From: an uncultured Marinoscillum sp.
GTDB lineage: Bacteria; Bacteroidota; Bacteroidia; Cytophagales; MED-G16
Reading direction: 5' to 3'
Assembly (NCBI GenBank): GCA_964646945.1
Contig: CAZYIL010000002.1
Span: forward strand, 1 to 46,976
Length of the DNA stretch: 46,976 nt
The position numbers were made by a program, and so were the translations under genes. Below, piece after piece: positions 17,844 through 30,180 of the stretch. The first letter of the stretch is position 1, and each line of letters begins with the position of its first letter. Below the pieces are notes generated by a model. The model was not told where the DNA came from, searched no databases, and worked only from the letters and a program-made list of their open reading frames with translations.

Positions 17844-18974
17844 TTAATTATTAATTTTTTTAGATAATCTTATAATTTGACCCAAATTTATACTTATTTC
17901 ATAAAGCAACTTTTTTACATTTGATATTGAATATTGCCTTGATATTTTCTGAAAAGGAATAATTAAATCAAACACTTTGTTTAAATCTGAATATATTTGA
18001 TAATCAACAGAGGCCACTATAGCTATAGTTAAGACACCATGTTTTTTAGCTTTTTTAGCAACTATTAAAGGAGCTTTCCCACACAATGTTTGTTTATCTA
18101 ATTTTCCCTCACCTGTTATTAGTATATCTGAATTTTTGATTTTTTCTTCATATTGAATGTGTTTTAATAAAAAATCAGTACCAGAATAAATTTTAGCAGT
18201 TAAATATATTTTTAAAAAAGCTGCTATTCCACCTGCAGCTCCTCCTCCAATAATTTTCTCTGGATTCTTATTTGTTATTTTTTTAGTTAGATATGAAAAA
18301 TTAATTAGACCTTTTTCTAGCTTTTTCACCTCAAGTTTAGAAGCACCTTTTTGTCTAGCATAAGCAAATGAAGCTCCGCTTTTTCCTAATAATTTATTAT
18401 TGACATCTGTTATAATAACAAATTCAATACCTGCAAAATTCATTTCATGATAATCAACTCTTGCTATGTCTGATAAAAAATTATCATTCTTTAATTCATT
18501 ACCTTTCAGATTATAAAATTTTACACCTAAAGCTAATAATATACCAATACCTCCATCAACAGTAGCAGATCCTCCTAAAGCAAGAATTATTTTTTTTGCC
18601 CCCTTTTTTATTGCAGAATTAATAACTTCTCCTGTTGCATAAGAATTATATTTAAATGGATTTCTATCACCAATATCTACGAGTTTTAATCCTGATGATT
18701 CTGCAAGTTCAATAAATGCACTTTTTCCTTGATCAAAAACTAAATATTTCGAAGTAATTTTCTTACCAGAAGGACCAAAAACATCTATAGTTACTATTTC
18801 TCCCTTTACATATTTTTTAAATACTTCAAGAGATCCATCACCTCCATCTGCTATAGGTATATTAATAATATTATCATTTTTTAATTCTTTTTTTAATCCA
18901 GACGTAATAATATCTGAAGCTTCAACAGAAGATATGCTTTCTTTAAATGAGTTTGGTGATACTATAATTTTCAT
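17844..18974 (-). CDS. glxK: Glycerate kinase
   Basis: Family motifs IVSPNSFKES, PIADGGDGS, LGGSATVDGG and ITGEGKLDKQT. The ORF-track start at 18986 is TTG inside a T10 run, so the ATG at 18974 (MKIIVSPNSFK) is preferred. Confidence 0.88.
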   Translation of the reverse strand: MKIIVSPNSFKESISSVEASDIITSGLKKELKNDNIINIPIADGGDGSLEVFKKYVKGEIVTIDVFGPSGKKITSKYLVFDQGKSAFIELAESSGLKLVDIGDRNPFKYNSYATGEVINSAIKKGAKKIILALGGSATVDGGIGILLALGVKFYNLKGNELKNDNFLSDIARVDYHEMNFAGIEFVIITDVNNKLLGKSGASFAYARQKGASKLEVKKLEKGLINFSYLTKKITNKNPEKIIGGGAAGGIAAFLKIYLTAKIYSGTDFLLKHIQYEEKIKNSDILITGEGKLDKQTLCGKAPLIVAKKAKKHGVLTIAIVASVDYQIYSDLNKVFDLIIPFQKISRQYSISNVKKLLYEISINLGQIIRLSKKINN

Positions 18975-19092
18975 TTTTTTTTTCAATACTTCGTATTGAA
19001 ATTAAATATTTAACTAATTAAATACGATTTCTTATTATTATAATTATTTTTTTTTTCTCATATTTGGCATCCAAAAATAAAAAATTAATTAA

Positions 19093-21450
19093 ATGATTGA
19101 AAATCTAGTAATAGTAGAATCACCAGCAAAATCTAAAACTATAGAAAAATATCTTGGAAAAGATTATAAGGTAACTTCTTGCTTTGGTCACATAAGAGAT
19201 CTACCTAAAGAAGAAACAGCTATAGATAAGAAAAATGGTTTTTCTCCTTCATATGTTATATCTCCTGACAAAAAAAAAGTTATTTCAGAGTTAAAAAAAT
19301 TGAGAAAAAATTCAAAAAAAGTATTATTAGCAACAGATAATGATAGAGAAGGAGAAGCGATTGCTTGGCATTTAAAAGAAGTTCTTGATTTAAAAGAAGA
19401 TGATTTTGAAAGAATCGTGTTCAGAGAAATAACCAAAAAAGCAATACAAAATTCTATAAAAAATCCAACAACTATTAATATGGATTTAGTTAATGCTCAA
19501 CAAGCAAGAAGAGTTTTAGATCGTCTTGTTGGTTTTGAAATATCCCCCATCTTGTGGAAAAAAATTAAAAGAGGCTTATCTGCTGGAAGAGTTCAATCAG
19601 TTGCAGTAAAATTTGTTTCAGAAAGAGAAAATGAAATAAATAGTTTTAAATCCAGCTCTATGCAAAGAATTAAAGGCGTATTTAACATAAATAATAATAC
19701 ATTAGAAACTGAACTAGAAGAAAAGTTAAAATCAAAAAATGAAGCTTTAGAATTTCTAAATAAATGTAACAATTCTTCTTTTAAAATAGATTCTCTTGAA
19801 AAAAAACCGTCAAAAAAATCCCCTTCTCCACCATTTACCACTTCAACTTTGCAGCAGGAATCTAGTAGAAAATTAGGCTTTTCACCTTCTAGGACAATGA
19901 ATGCAGCTCAAAAATTATATGAAGCAGGTCATATTACCTATATGAGAACAGATTCTACCAATCTCTCTGAAGAAGCATTACAAAATGCTGGAAACAAAAT
20001 AAAAAATAAGTATGGTGAATCCTACTCTTATAAAAGGACTTACAAAACAAAAAATAATTCTGCACAAGAAGCTCACGAAGCGATCAGACCTACAAATTTT
20101 GATAGTGAAATTTTAGGAAATAATTCTGACGAAAAAAAATTATATGAATTAATTTGGAAAAGAACCATTGCATCACAAATGAGTGCTGCGAAAATTGAAA
20201 GAACAATTATTAAGGTTGATGTTTCAGAATCTAGCAAAAAATTTAAAACTTCTGGTGAAATTATAATATTTGATGGTTTCTTGAAAGTATACTCTGGATC
20301 AAAAGATATAGAAATATTATTACCTAAAATAAATATAAACGAAAGGGTGGATATAGATCATATCAAATCTAAGGAAATCTTCACAAAACATCCTCCAAGA
20401 TATACAGAAGCAAGTTTGATAAAAAAAATGGAAGAATCTGAAATTGGAAGACCATCAACTTATGCTGAAACCGTAAAAAAAATCAAAGACAGAGGTTATG
20501 TAATTAAAGAAAATCGTGATGGTATTAAAATAAAATGTTCTGAAATAATTTTAAAGGATAAGAATATAACAGAAAACACTGTTGAAGAAAATACTGGATT
20601 TGAAAAAAATAAATTATTTCCAACTGATATGGGAATGTTTGTAACAGAATATTTAGAAAATAATTTCAAGTTAAGTTTTATGGATTATTTGTTTACTGCA
20701 AAAACTGAAAAAGAGCTAGATCAAATTGCATATGAGAAAAAAAATTGGAGTGATATGATTAGTAATTTTTATTCTTCCTTTTCTAAGTTAACCAATAGCA
20801 TTCCTGAAGCAAGACATCCAGTTGAACGATATCTTGGAGATTATAATGGCAAAAGGATTTACGCCAGAATGGCAAGATATGGACCAGTGATTCAACAGGG
20901 AGATAGAGATGATAAAGAAGAAAATTTTCCTAAGTATAATAAAATTTCAGAAAGTAAATTAATCCTACATATTTCTCTAGATGAAGCTATCAGAATTATT
21001 GAAAAAGCAAATGAACTTCCAGATAAATTACCTGAATCTGATGAAATTAATGGACAATATATGAGATTAAAAAAAGGAAAATATGGTTTCTATTTTCAGA
21101 TTGATGAAAAAGAAAATATTTCATATAATAAAGTGCCAACTGAAAAAATATTAGGATTAATAATTGAGCCTGAGGGTCTAAATAAGGAAAATATAAATTC
21201 TATTTTAGAATGGATTCAGTCTAATCCTATTGGTCCAAAAAAATGTAGTGATGGTATTGAAATTAGAGAAGGAAAATATGGTAAACCTCCATATATAATG
21301 GTTGGAAAAGATAGTGAAATCAGAAAAAGCTTTAAAAAACCATTTGTTTCCATTCCAAAAAAAATAATTGAAAAATATAATTACTTTAGGGAAATTCCTT
21401 GTGAAATTATAGATGAAATAATTAAAGATTATCTGAAAAAAATTAATTAA
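19093..21450 (+). CDS. topA: DNA topoisomerase I (type IA)
   Basis: Toprim N-terminus LVIVESPAKSKTIEKYLG, DNDREGEAIAWH, and catalytic Tyr region GHITYMRTDS. Cysteine-free C-terminal repeat domains. Confidence 0.96.
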   Translation: MIENLVIVESPAKSKTIEKYLGKDYKVTSCFGHIRDLPKEETAIDKKNGFSPSYVISPDKKKVISELKKLRKNSKKVLLATDNDREGEAIAWHLKEVLDLKEDDFERIVFREITKKAIQNSIKNPTTINMDLVNAQQARRVLDRLVGFEISPILWKKIKRGLSAGRVQSVAVKFVSERENEINSFKSSSMQRIKGVFNINNNTLETELEEKLKSKNEALEFLNKCNNSSFKIDSLEKKPSKKSPSPPFTTSTLQQESSRKLGFSPSRTMNAAQKLYEAGHITYMRTDSTNLSEEALQNAGNKIKNKYGESYSYKRTYKTKNNSAQEAHEAIRPTNFDSEILGNNSDEKKLYELIWKRTIASQMSAAKIERTIIKVDVSESSKKFKTSGEIIIFDGFLKVYSGSKDIEILLPKININERVDIDHIKSKEIFTKHPPRYTEASLIKKMEESEIGRPSTYAETVKKIKDRGYVIKENRDGIKIKCSEIILKDKNITENTVEENTGFEKNKLFPTDMGMFVTEYLENNFKLSFMDYLFTAKTEKELDQIAYEKKNWSDMISNFYSSFSKLTNSIPEARHPVERYLGDYNGKRIYARMARYGPVIQQGDRDDKEENFPKYNKISESKLILHISLDEAIRIIEKANELPDKLPESDEINGQYMRLKKGKYGFYFQIDEKENISYNKVPTEKILGLIIEPEGLNKENINSILEWIQSNPIGPKKCSDGIEIREGKYGKPPYIMVGKDSEIRKSFKKPFVSIPKKIIEKYNYFREIPCEIIDEIIKDYLKKIN

Positions 21451-23296
21451 AATCCTTTAATTCATAAAAGATATTGTTTTCTCTATTAATATCAGCCATA
21501 GACAAGAAAGGATCAATATTGATTGATTTTATTTCCGAAGCATTATGATCAATTGAAAAATTATAGTTAGAATTTACCCATTGCCAATCTTTTAAGATTA
21601 TCACTTTATTATCGTATTCTATAAACGATTTATTACCACGCATCATGACAATAGGTATATAGTATAAAAAATTAGAACCATTTTTTAAATTGACTCTTAC
21701 TTCCAAAGGCATGGGCATATTTCCAATTCTTTCCAAATTAATAATTGTCTTTTCGTTTTTTGAAACAACTTCTTTTATTCCATAGTCAATAGTATGTGTT
21801 GATTTTACCCAAAAATCAAGATACCAATCTAATTCAAGATTCGAAACATTTTCCATTACCCTAATAAAATCATACATATCAGGATGTTTAAATCTCCATT
21901 TATAATAATATTTTTTTAAACCCTTTTCTAAGTTTTTCTGACCAATTATATAACCAAGTTGATGTAAAAAAATTGCACCTTTAGAATAAGAAGCCATACC
22001 ATAAGCAACATTAGTAGAAAAAAAATCAGAATGAGTTGATAAAGGCTCTTCCAAACCACTTGCATTAACATCAAAATATCGATTATAAGAACCTAAAAAT
22101 GGATTGATTTCATTTAAGTTATATAGATTATTAAATAATTTATATTTTGTTAACGCAGAAGCATATGAAGTAAATCCTTCATCCATCCAAGCATAATAAC
22201 TTTCATTTGTCCCTAATAACATTTGAAACCAGGTATGAATTATCTCATGAATAGTAACGGATAACAAACTAGTGAAATTTCTTTCTCCAGTTATTAAAGT
22301 TGCCATAGGATACTCCATACCACCATCTCCACCCTGTATTACAGAATAAGTAGAGTATGGATATTGACCAAATCTTTTATTAAAAAATTGAAAAGCTTTA
22401 ATTGTAGTTTTTTGAAGTTTTTTCCAGTTATTAATTATTTCATCAGATTTTGGTTGATAAAAAAAATGAATAGCTGGACCATTAGGAACATAACTTATAT
22501 CATGTACATAATCAGGATCAGCTGCCCAAACAAAATCATGAACATTTTCTGCAACAAAATGCCATTCAATTTTTTCGTTTTTCTTAAATAATAAATTCTC
22601 TGGAGAGTATCCATGACCAATAGATTCAGGATTCATTAATTTCCCTGTAGCAGCAATTAAATATTTATTATCTATTCGTATTTTAACTTCATAATCACCC
22701 CATGGTGAATAAAATTCTCTAGCAACGTATGGATGAGCATGCCATCCTTGTTTATCAAATTCAGCAATTTTAGGGAACCATTGTGACATAGAATATCTAA
22801 TCCCTTCTTTATTATCCCTACCTGTTCTTCTTATCTGTAATGGAACCTGACTCTCAAAATCTAAAAAAAAGTTTGTAGAATCACCAGGTATTAACGGGTG
22901 ATCTAGAATAACTTCCATCACCGTACCTTGAATATCAAAGGATAATTTTTTATCATTTTGTTTTAAAGTTAAAATATTGTGATAACCAATTTCATCATCC
23001 TTTAGATTATAAATTCTATCTTTTACCCTTTGGTCTGGATCCCTTATACTTCTACTCCTTACATCCATCATACTCCCAGGCTGAAAGGCATTATAGTACA
23101 AATGGAAAAAGACATTTCTAAGAGTATCCTCAGAATTATTATAATAAATTAAATGTTCTTTCCCCTGAAATTTATTTGTTTTTACATCAACATCAATTTC
23201 TATAAAATACTTTACTCTTTGTTGCCAATAAAAGTTTGAAAAAGATTCAAAACAAAATATTAATAAAAAAAATAAAAGAGATAAAAAAGATTTCAT
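21443..23296 (-). CDS. M1-family (gluzincin) metallopeptidase, secreted
   Basis: N-terminal signal peptide. HEIIHTWF...WMDEGFTSY fits HExxH-X18-E. 617 aa. Confidence 0.85.
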   Translation of the reverse strand: MKSFLSLLFFLLIFCFESFSNFYWQQRVKYFIEIDVDVKTNKFQGKEHLIYYNNSEDTLRNVFFHLYYNAFQPGSMMDVRSRSIRDPDQRVKDRIYNLKDDEIGYHNILTLKQNDKKLSFDIQGTVMEVILDHPLIPGDSTNFFLDFESQVPLQIRRTGRDNKEGIRYSMSQWFPKIAEFDKQGWHAHPYVAREFYSPWGDYEVKIRIDNKYLIAATGKLMNPESIGHGYSPENLLFKKNEKIEWHFVAENVHDFVWAADPDYVHDISYVPNGPAIHFFYQPKSDEIINNWKKLQKTTIKAFQFFNKRFGQYPYSTYSVIQGGDGGMEYPMATLITGERNFTSLLSVTIHEIIHTWFQMLLGTNESYYAWMDEGFTSYASALTKYKLFNNLYNLNEINPFLGSYNRYFDVNASGLEEPLSTHSDFFSTNVAYGMASYSKGAIFLHQLGYIIGQKNLEKGLKKYYYKWRFKHPDMYDFIRVMENVSNLELDWYLDFWVKSTHTIDYGIKEVVSKNEKTIINLERIGNMPMPLEVRVNLKNGSNFLYYIPIVMMRGNKSFIEYDNKVIILKDWQWVNSNYNFSIDHNASEIKSINIDPFLSMADINRENNIFYELKDFN

Positions 23297-23302
23297 TAAA
23301 CT

Positions 23303-25291
<1,989 letters not shown>

Positions 25292-25404
25292 TCAAAAACA
25301 CATTATAAAAGAACTTAATATTCAATTACTTATAATGATTATTTTGGAATAAAACCGATTAAAAAAATAATTAATAATTAAATTTAATATTGTAAAAAAA
25401 TAAG

Positions 25405-26601
25405 ATGAATAAAAACAAGGTGCCATCTAATGATAAATTTGAATCTCCTGATTTTTATAACATAGATGATTTACTTTCAGAAGAACATATTCTGATAAGA
25501 AATTCTATAAGAGATTTTGTTAAAAAAGAAATATCTCCATTTATTGAAGAATGGAGTGAAAAAAATTATTTTCCATCCAAAATAGTAAAAAAAATGGGAG
25601 AAATTGGAATATTTGGTCCTACCACATCTCAAAAATATGGAGGAGGGGGTCTGGATTATATTTCTTATGGATTGATAATGCAAGAAATAGAACGTGGAGA
25701 TTCTGGAATGAGATCTACAGCTTCAGTACAAACTTCTCTGGTTATGTTTCCTATTGAGGAGTATGGTTCTGAAGAACAAAAAAATAAATTTCTACCAAAA
25801 CTTGCATCAGGAAATATGTTAGGATGTTTTGGTTTAACTGAACCTGATCATGGTTCAAACCCTTCTGGAATGACCACAAAATGTGAAGATAAAGGAGATT
25901 ATTATGTGTTAAATGGTTCAAAAATGTGGATTTCTAATTCACCTGAAGCAGACATTGCAATAGTTTGGGCAAAAGATGAGAATAATAGAATAAAAGGACT
26001 TATTGTGGAAAGAGATATGCCTGGTTTTACAACTCCTAAAACCGAAGGGAAATGGTCACTAAGAGCAAGTACTACTGGAGAATTAGTTTTTGATAATGTT
26101 AAAGTTCCTAAAAAAAACTTACTCCCCAAAAAAGATGGATTAGGAGCTCCTCTAGGTTGTTTAGATAAAGCAAGATATGGTATATCTTGGGGTGCAATTG
26201 GAGTTGCTATGGACTGTTATGAAGCGGCAAAAAGGTATTCATTAGAAAGAAAACAATTCAGAAAACCAATTGGATCTTTCCAGTTAATTCAAAAAAAACT
26301 TGCTGAAATGTTAACTGAAATCACAAAAGCTCAACTTTTAAGTTGGAAATTAGGAGAATTAATGAACAAAGGAAAAGCAACAACAGCACAGATATCTATG
26401 GCAAAAAGAAATAATGTAGAAATTGCATCCAATATAGCAAGAGAAGCGAGACAAATTCATGGTGGTATGGGAATCACAAATGAATTTCCCATGATGAGGC
26501 ATATGATGAATTTAGAATCCGTAATTACTTATGAAGGAACACATGAAATTCATTTACTTATACTCGGAAACGATATTACAGGGATTCCTTCTTTTGAATA
26601 A
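25405..26601 (+). CDS. gcdH: Acyl-CoA dehydrogenase, glutaryl-CoA dehydrogenase-like
   Basis: Acyl-CoA dehydrogenase fold throughout. The C-terminal ITYEGTHEIHLLILGNDITGIPSFE and the N-terminal DFYNIDDLLSEEH...R.F resemble GCDH orthologs. Confidence 0.8.
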   Translation: MNKNKVPSNDKFESPDFYNIDDLLSEEHILIRNSIRDFVKKEISPFIEEWSEKNYFPSKIVKKMGEIGIFGPTTSQKYGGGGLDYISYGLIMQEIERGDSGMRSTASVQTSLVMFPIEEYGSEEQKNKFLPKLASGNMLGCFGLTEPDHGSNPSGMTTKCEDKGDYYVLNGSKMWISNSPEADIAIVWAKDENNRIKGLIVERDMPGFTTPKTEGKWSLRASTTGELVFDNVKVPKKNLLPKKDGLGAPLGCLDKARYGISWGAIGVAMDCYEAAKRYSLERKQFRKPIGSFQLIQKKLAEMLTEITKAQLLSWKLGELMNKGKATTAQISMAKRNNVEIASNIAREARQIHGGMGITNEFPMMRHMMNLESVITYEGTHEIHLLILGNDITGIPSFE

Positions 26602-26604
26602 TAT

Positions 26605-27447
26605 ATGAAAAAAAATATGGAAAATATTACCGCAAAAGACGGTAAAGAATTAAAGTTCTATAGTTGGCTTCCAGACCAAAAAATAAATGCTGCAATTGGC
26701 ATCATTCATGGGTTAGGAGAACATTCAAATAGATATAACGACTTTGCAAAATATTTTTGTGATAAAGGATTTGGCATTTACTCTATAGACTTAAGAGGTC
26801 ATGGGTTATCTGAAGGTAAAAGAGGACATATAAATAATTTTAATACTCTATTAGATGATTCTGAAGAGATGTTTATTCAAATAAGAAAGAGAAATTTAAA
26901 TATCCCTATGATTATGTTTGGACATAGTCTAGGTGGATGTATTGCTCTTAACTACCTATGTCAAAAAAAAAGTAAAGAAATAGAGTTAGCAATTATTTCA
27001 AGTCCATGGTTAAAAACTGTGATTGAACCACCAAAATTTTTATTGTTGATCCAAAAATTATTAAATAAAATATTTCCAAGCTTAACCTTGAATAATAGAC
27101 TTAATCCAAAGGATTTATCTAAAGATACTTCTATAGTTGAAAATTATATTAAAGACCCTTTAGTTCATAGTAGAATCTCAATAAAAATGTTTTCAGAGGT
27201 TAATAAATCAATTAGAAAAATAGAAACAGAAAGCAAACACATAGATATTCCAATTTTATTAATTCACGGGAAAAAAGATAAAATTATATCTTATAAAGGA
27301 ACAGAAAATGTTGCAAAAAAAATCAAATATTCTAATCTAAAGCTTTTGAAAAAGGTCTTTCATGAACCACATAACGACTATGATAAAAATCAAATTCTTA
27401 AATATTACTTTAATTTTATAAATAAAATATTGAAATTCAAGAGTTAA
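26605..27447 (+). CDS. Alpha/beta hydrolase (lysophospholipase/monoacylglycerol lipase-like)
   Basis: Oxyanion HG (IIHGLGEHS), nucleophile elbow GHSLGG, and C-terminal acid/His region (HGKKDKII...FHEPHND). Confidence 0.8.
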   Translation: MKKNMENITAKDGKELKFYSWLPDQKINAAIGIIHGLGEHSNRYNDFAKYFCDKGFGIYSIDLRGHGLSEGKRGHINNFNTLLDDSEEMFIQIRKRNLNIPMIMFGHSLGGCIALNYLCQKKSKEIELAIISSPWLKTVIEPPKFLLLIQKLLNKIFPSLTLNNRLNPKDLSKDTSIVENYIKDPLVHSRISIKMFSEVNKSIRKIETESKHIDIPILLIHGKKDKIISYKGTENVAKKIKYSNLKLLKKVFHEPHNDYDKNQILKYYFNFINKILKFKS

Positions 27448-27511
27448 TTTTTTTATTATATAACTAAATAATATTATTTTTCTAAAAATTTTTATCAAAA
27501 CAACAATAACT

Positions 27512-28291
27512 ATGAAATATATATTTAAAACAACATTGATGTTAGTTTCTATTTTAGTTTGCATTTCATGTAGTCAAAAAAACAACAAAAATAGTCAAGA
27601 AAAAATGTCAGAAGAAGATAGAAAAGCTTTAGGCGCTCTTGGAAAAATAAATGATGATTGGGTTTCTCTTTCTGATGGGCATTCGTTTGATGGATGGCAT
27701 ATTTTTAAAAAAGAAGGTGTGGATGATAGCTGGATAATTGAAGATAGCGCATTAACCTATGCAGGTGGAGCAGATGGAAACTCTACTGGTAATGATTTAA
27801 TCTCTGATAGAGAATTTTCTAGCTTTATATTATCCATAGACTGGAAAATATCTGAAGGAGGAAACAGTGGTATTTTTTATGGTGTAAATGAAGAAAGTAA
27901 CTTTGATCAACCATATTTTACTGCTCCTGAAATTCAAGTAATTGACAATGCTAATTACGACTGGTCTTCAGGAAAAGATGGTAAAATGAACACCCATACT
28001 GCAGGAGCACTATATGATTTAGTTGGTCCTCAAGAAAATGTAGCTAAACCATTTGGAGAATGGAATAATTGTATCATTGAAATTAATTATAATACTAATA
28101 AAGGATCAGTAACATTAAATGGCAAAAATATTGTTAACTATCCTCTTTTTGGAGAAGAATGGGATGATATGATAAAAAATTCGAAATTTAGAGATTGGAC
28201 TGAGTTTGGAACACATAGAAAAGGTAGAATTGGCCTTCAAGATCATGGTAAAAAGGTGTGGTATAAAAACATCAAAATAAAAGAGTTATAA
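27512..28291 (+). CDS. DUF1080 / 3-keto-disaccharide hydrolase-family lipoprotein
   Basis: Lipoprotein signal (LVSILVCISC). C-terminal GRIGLQDHGKKVWYKNIKIKEL and a W/G-rich concanavalin-like body typical of PF06439. Confidence 0.8.
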   Translation: MKYIFKTTLMLVSILVCISCSQKNNKNSQEKMSEEDRKALGALGKINDDWVSLSDGHSFDGWHIFKKEGVDDSWIIEDSALTYAGGADGNSTGNDLISDREFSSFILSIDWKISEGGNSGIFYGVNEESNFDQPYFTAPEIQVIDNANYDWSSGKDGKMNTHTAGALYDLVGPQENVAKPFGEWNNCIIEINYNTNKGSVTLNGKNIVNYPLFGEEWDDMIKNSKFRDWTEFGTHRKGRIGLQDHGKKVWYKNIKIKEL

Positions 28292-28294
28292 CTC

Positions 28295-29602
28295 ATGAGA
28301 ATTTTATATTTTTTATTTCTTTTAATCTTAATTTCTGGTTTTAGTTCAAAAAAAAGATTGGATAAATGGATTATAGATGATCTAGATTATCTTAAAAATT
28401 TATATGTAGATATTCATCAAACCCCTGAACTTTCTTTAATGGAAAAAGAAACTTCAAAAAAGCTTGCCGATGAACTGAGAAAAATTGGGTTTGAGGTTAC
28501 AGAAAATTTTGGTGGTTATGGAATTGTTGGTGTTTTCAAAAATGGAGAAGGTCCAAATATTCTTTATAGAACAGATCTTGATGCTCTTCCTATGGAAGAA
28601 AAAACTAATCTCTCATATGCTAGTAAAGAAAGAACTACTAATTTAAACGGGAATGAGGTAAGTACGATGCATTCGTGTGGACATGATATGCATATGACCG
28701 TTTGGACTGGTACAGCTAGAGCTTTAATAGAAAAAAAGAATGAATGGAGTGGTACTTTAATAATGATTGGTCAACCCGCTGAAGAAATAGGAGCAGGTGC
28801 CATGTTAATGTTAAATGAAGGTCTTTATTCAAAGTTTCCAATACCGGATATGGGAATAGCACTTCATTCTTCACCTACAATTTTGTCTGGAAAAATTGGA
28901 TTAGGAAAAGGATATATTATGGCTAACACTGAATCCGTAGACATAACTGTTTACGGACAAGGCGCACATGGAGCATCTCCTCACATGTCAATTGACCCAA
29001 TAGTTACAGCATCATTAATTGTTATGGAACTTCAAACTATTGTTAGCAGAAATATTAACCCATTAGATGATGCTGTAATAACTGTAGGATCATTTAGAGG
29101 CGGTACAAAACATAACATCATTCCTGATGAAGTAAAACTTCAACTAACTATAAGAACATATAAAGATGAAGTAAGAAGCTTGATTCATAAAAGGATTAAG
29201 GAAATTTGTTATGGAATAGGTGCATCAGTTGGTTTAGATAAATCTCAATGGCCAAAAGTAACCATTCCCGATAATTATACTCCTGCAAATTATAATAACC
29301 CTGATTTGGTCGAAAGATTGATTTTCTCAGCTTCCAAAACGATTGGAAAAGACAATGTTGAAGAATCTGAACCTCAAATGGTGGGAGAAGATTTTGCTAG
29401 ATATGGTACAACACCTGAAAAAGTACCTACTGCTATGTATTGGCTTGGCACGGTACCTAAAGAAAGAATGGATAGATATAATAAAGGAAATTATGCTCTT
29501 CCTGCATTACATTCTCCATTTTACTATCCAGAAATTGAAAAATCTATTAAAACTGGCGTATTAGTTAATACGAATGCTCTTATTGATCTATTCAATAATT
29601 AG
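28295..29602 (+). CDS. M20D-family amidohydrolase (aminoacylase/hippurate hydrolase-like), secreted
   Basis: Signal peptide. Metal-site motifs MHSCGHDMH and GQPAEEIGAGA. M20 dimerisation-domain insert. Confidence 0.88.
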   Translation: MRILYFLFLLILISGFSSKKRLDKWIIDDLDYLKNLYVDIHQTPELSLMEKETSKKLADELRKIGFEVTENFGGYGIVGVFKNGEGPNILYRTDLDALPMEEKTNLSYASKERTTNLNGNEVSTMHSCGHDMHMTVWTGTARALIEKKNEWSGTLIMIGQPAEEIGAGAMLMLNEGLYSKFPIPDMGIALHSSPTILSGKIGLGKGYIMANTESVDITVYGQGAHGASPHMSIDPIVTASLIVMELQTIVSRNINPLDDAVITVGSFRGGTKHNIIPDEVKLQLTIRTYKDEVRSLIHKRIKEICYGIGASVGLDKSQWPKVTIPDNYTPANYNNPDLVERLIFSASKTIGKDNVEESEPQMVGEDFARYGTTPEKVPTAMYWLGTVPKERMDRYNKGNYALPALHSPFYYPEIEKSIKTGVLVNTNALIDLFNN

Positions 29603-30061
29603 ATTCGTTTTTTTATTATTTTTATCCAAGGTTATATTAAACATTTCTTTATATATTTTTATAAAAACAACATTTTTTTGGAGTGAATATATGTCAACTA
29701 ATGTTTCATTATAAATTTCAAAACTTTTAATAATTAAATTATTATTAATTTTTCCACTAATTTTTATTCTATCGTTTTCTAAGATAAATTCAGAAAATAA
29801 AATGGGGGTTTTCTCTTTATTAATTTTAATAAATAAAACTTTTTCAAAATAATTTTTTATCAATTCCTTATTCAATTCAATTTTATCTTGATTATCTATT
29901 GAAACTTCTTTATCTAAAGTATATCTAATTCCATCTTCTAAATCATCACGAAAAATTTTAATAATTACTTCAAGATTATTTTCTACTGAATTTATCTCTA
30001 AAACACTTATATAGATAGGATGGAATGAAAAATAAAAAAAATAAAAAATGTTGTACAACAT
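29588..30061 (-). CDS. Hypothetical small protein (DUF6702-like)
   Basis: The ORF is open on the minus strand. N-terminal hydrophobic segment, then HPIYISVLEINSVENNLEVIIKIFRDDLEDGIR, which resembles a flavobacterial DUF family I recall only loosely. The start was moved from TTG at 30070 to ATG at 30061. Its 3' end overlaps the convergent amidohydrolase gene by 15 nt. Confidence 0.45.
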   Translation of the reverse strand: MLYNIFYFFYFSFHPIYISVLEINSVENNLEVIIKIFRDDLEDGIRYTLDKEVSIDNQDKIELNKELIKNYFEKVLFIKINKEKTPILFSEFILENDRIKISGKINNNLIIKSFEIYNETLVDIYSLQKNVVFIKIYKEMFNITLDKNNKKTNLIIE

Positions 30062-30100
30062 CTTAATCAATGAATATAGTGTAATATTAACTAATAAATA

Positions 30101-30139
30101 TTATATCATTTTGACATAAAATTTATATCATTTTAACAT
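30101..30139. repeat. Direct repeat 2 x 17 bp (TTATATCATTTTGACAT / TTATATCATTTTAACAT), 22-bp period, in a divergent promoter region
   Basis: Read directly: copies at 30101..30117 and 30123..30139, 16/17 identical, 42-80 nt upstream of the GMC oxidoreductase ATG. Confidence 0.6.
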
Positions 30140-30180
30140 CAAGATAATTTTTCTTACTTTTAAAGGTCAATAATTAAAAA

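Noticed and set aside
18984-18998. A perfect palindrome, CAATACTTCGTATTG, between glxK and topA.
   Set aside because: The arms are only 6 bp, and the DNA is A+T-rich, so such palindromes arise readily by chance. It lies 10 nt upstream of the preferred glxK ATG with no supporting context. This is not enough to call an operator.
20800-21450. The topoisomerase I C-terminal region lacks any CxxC zinc-ribbon motif.
   Set aside because: Cysteine-free C-terminal repeat domains are a known variant of bacterial TopA, so this is not anomalous on its own.
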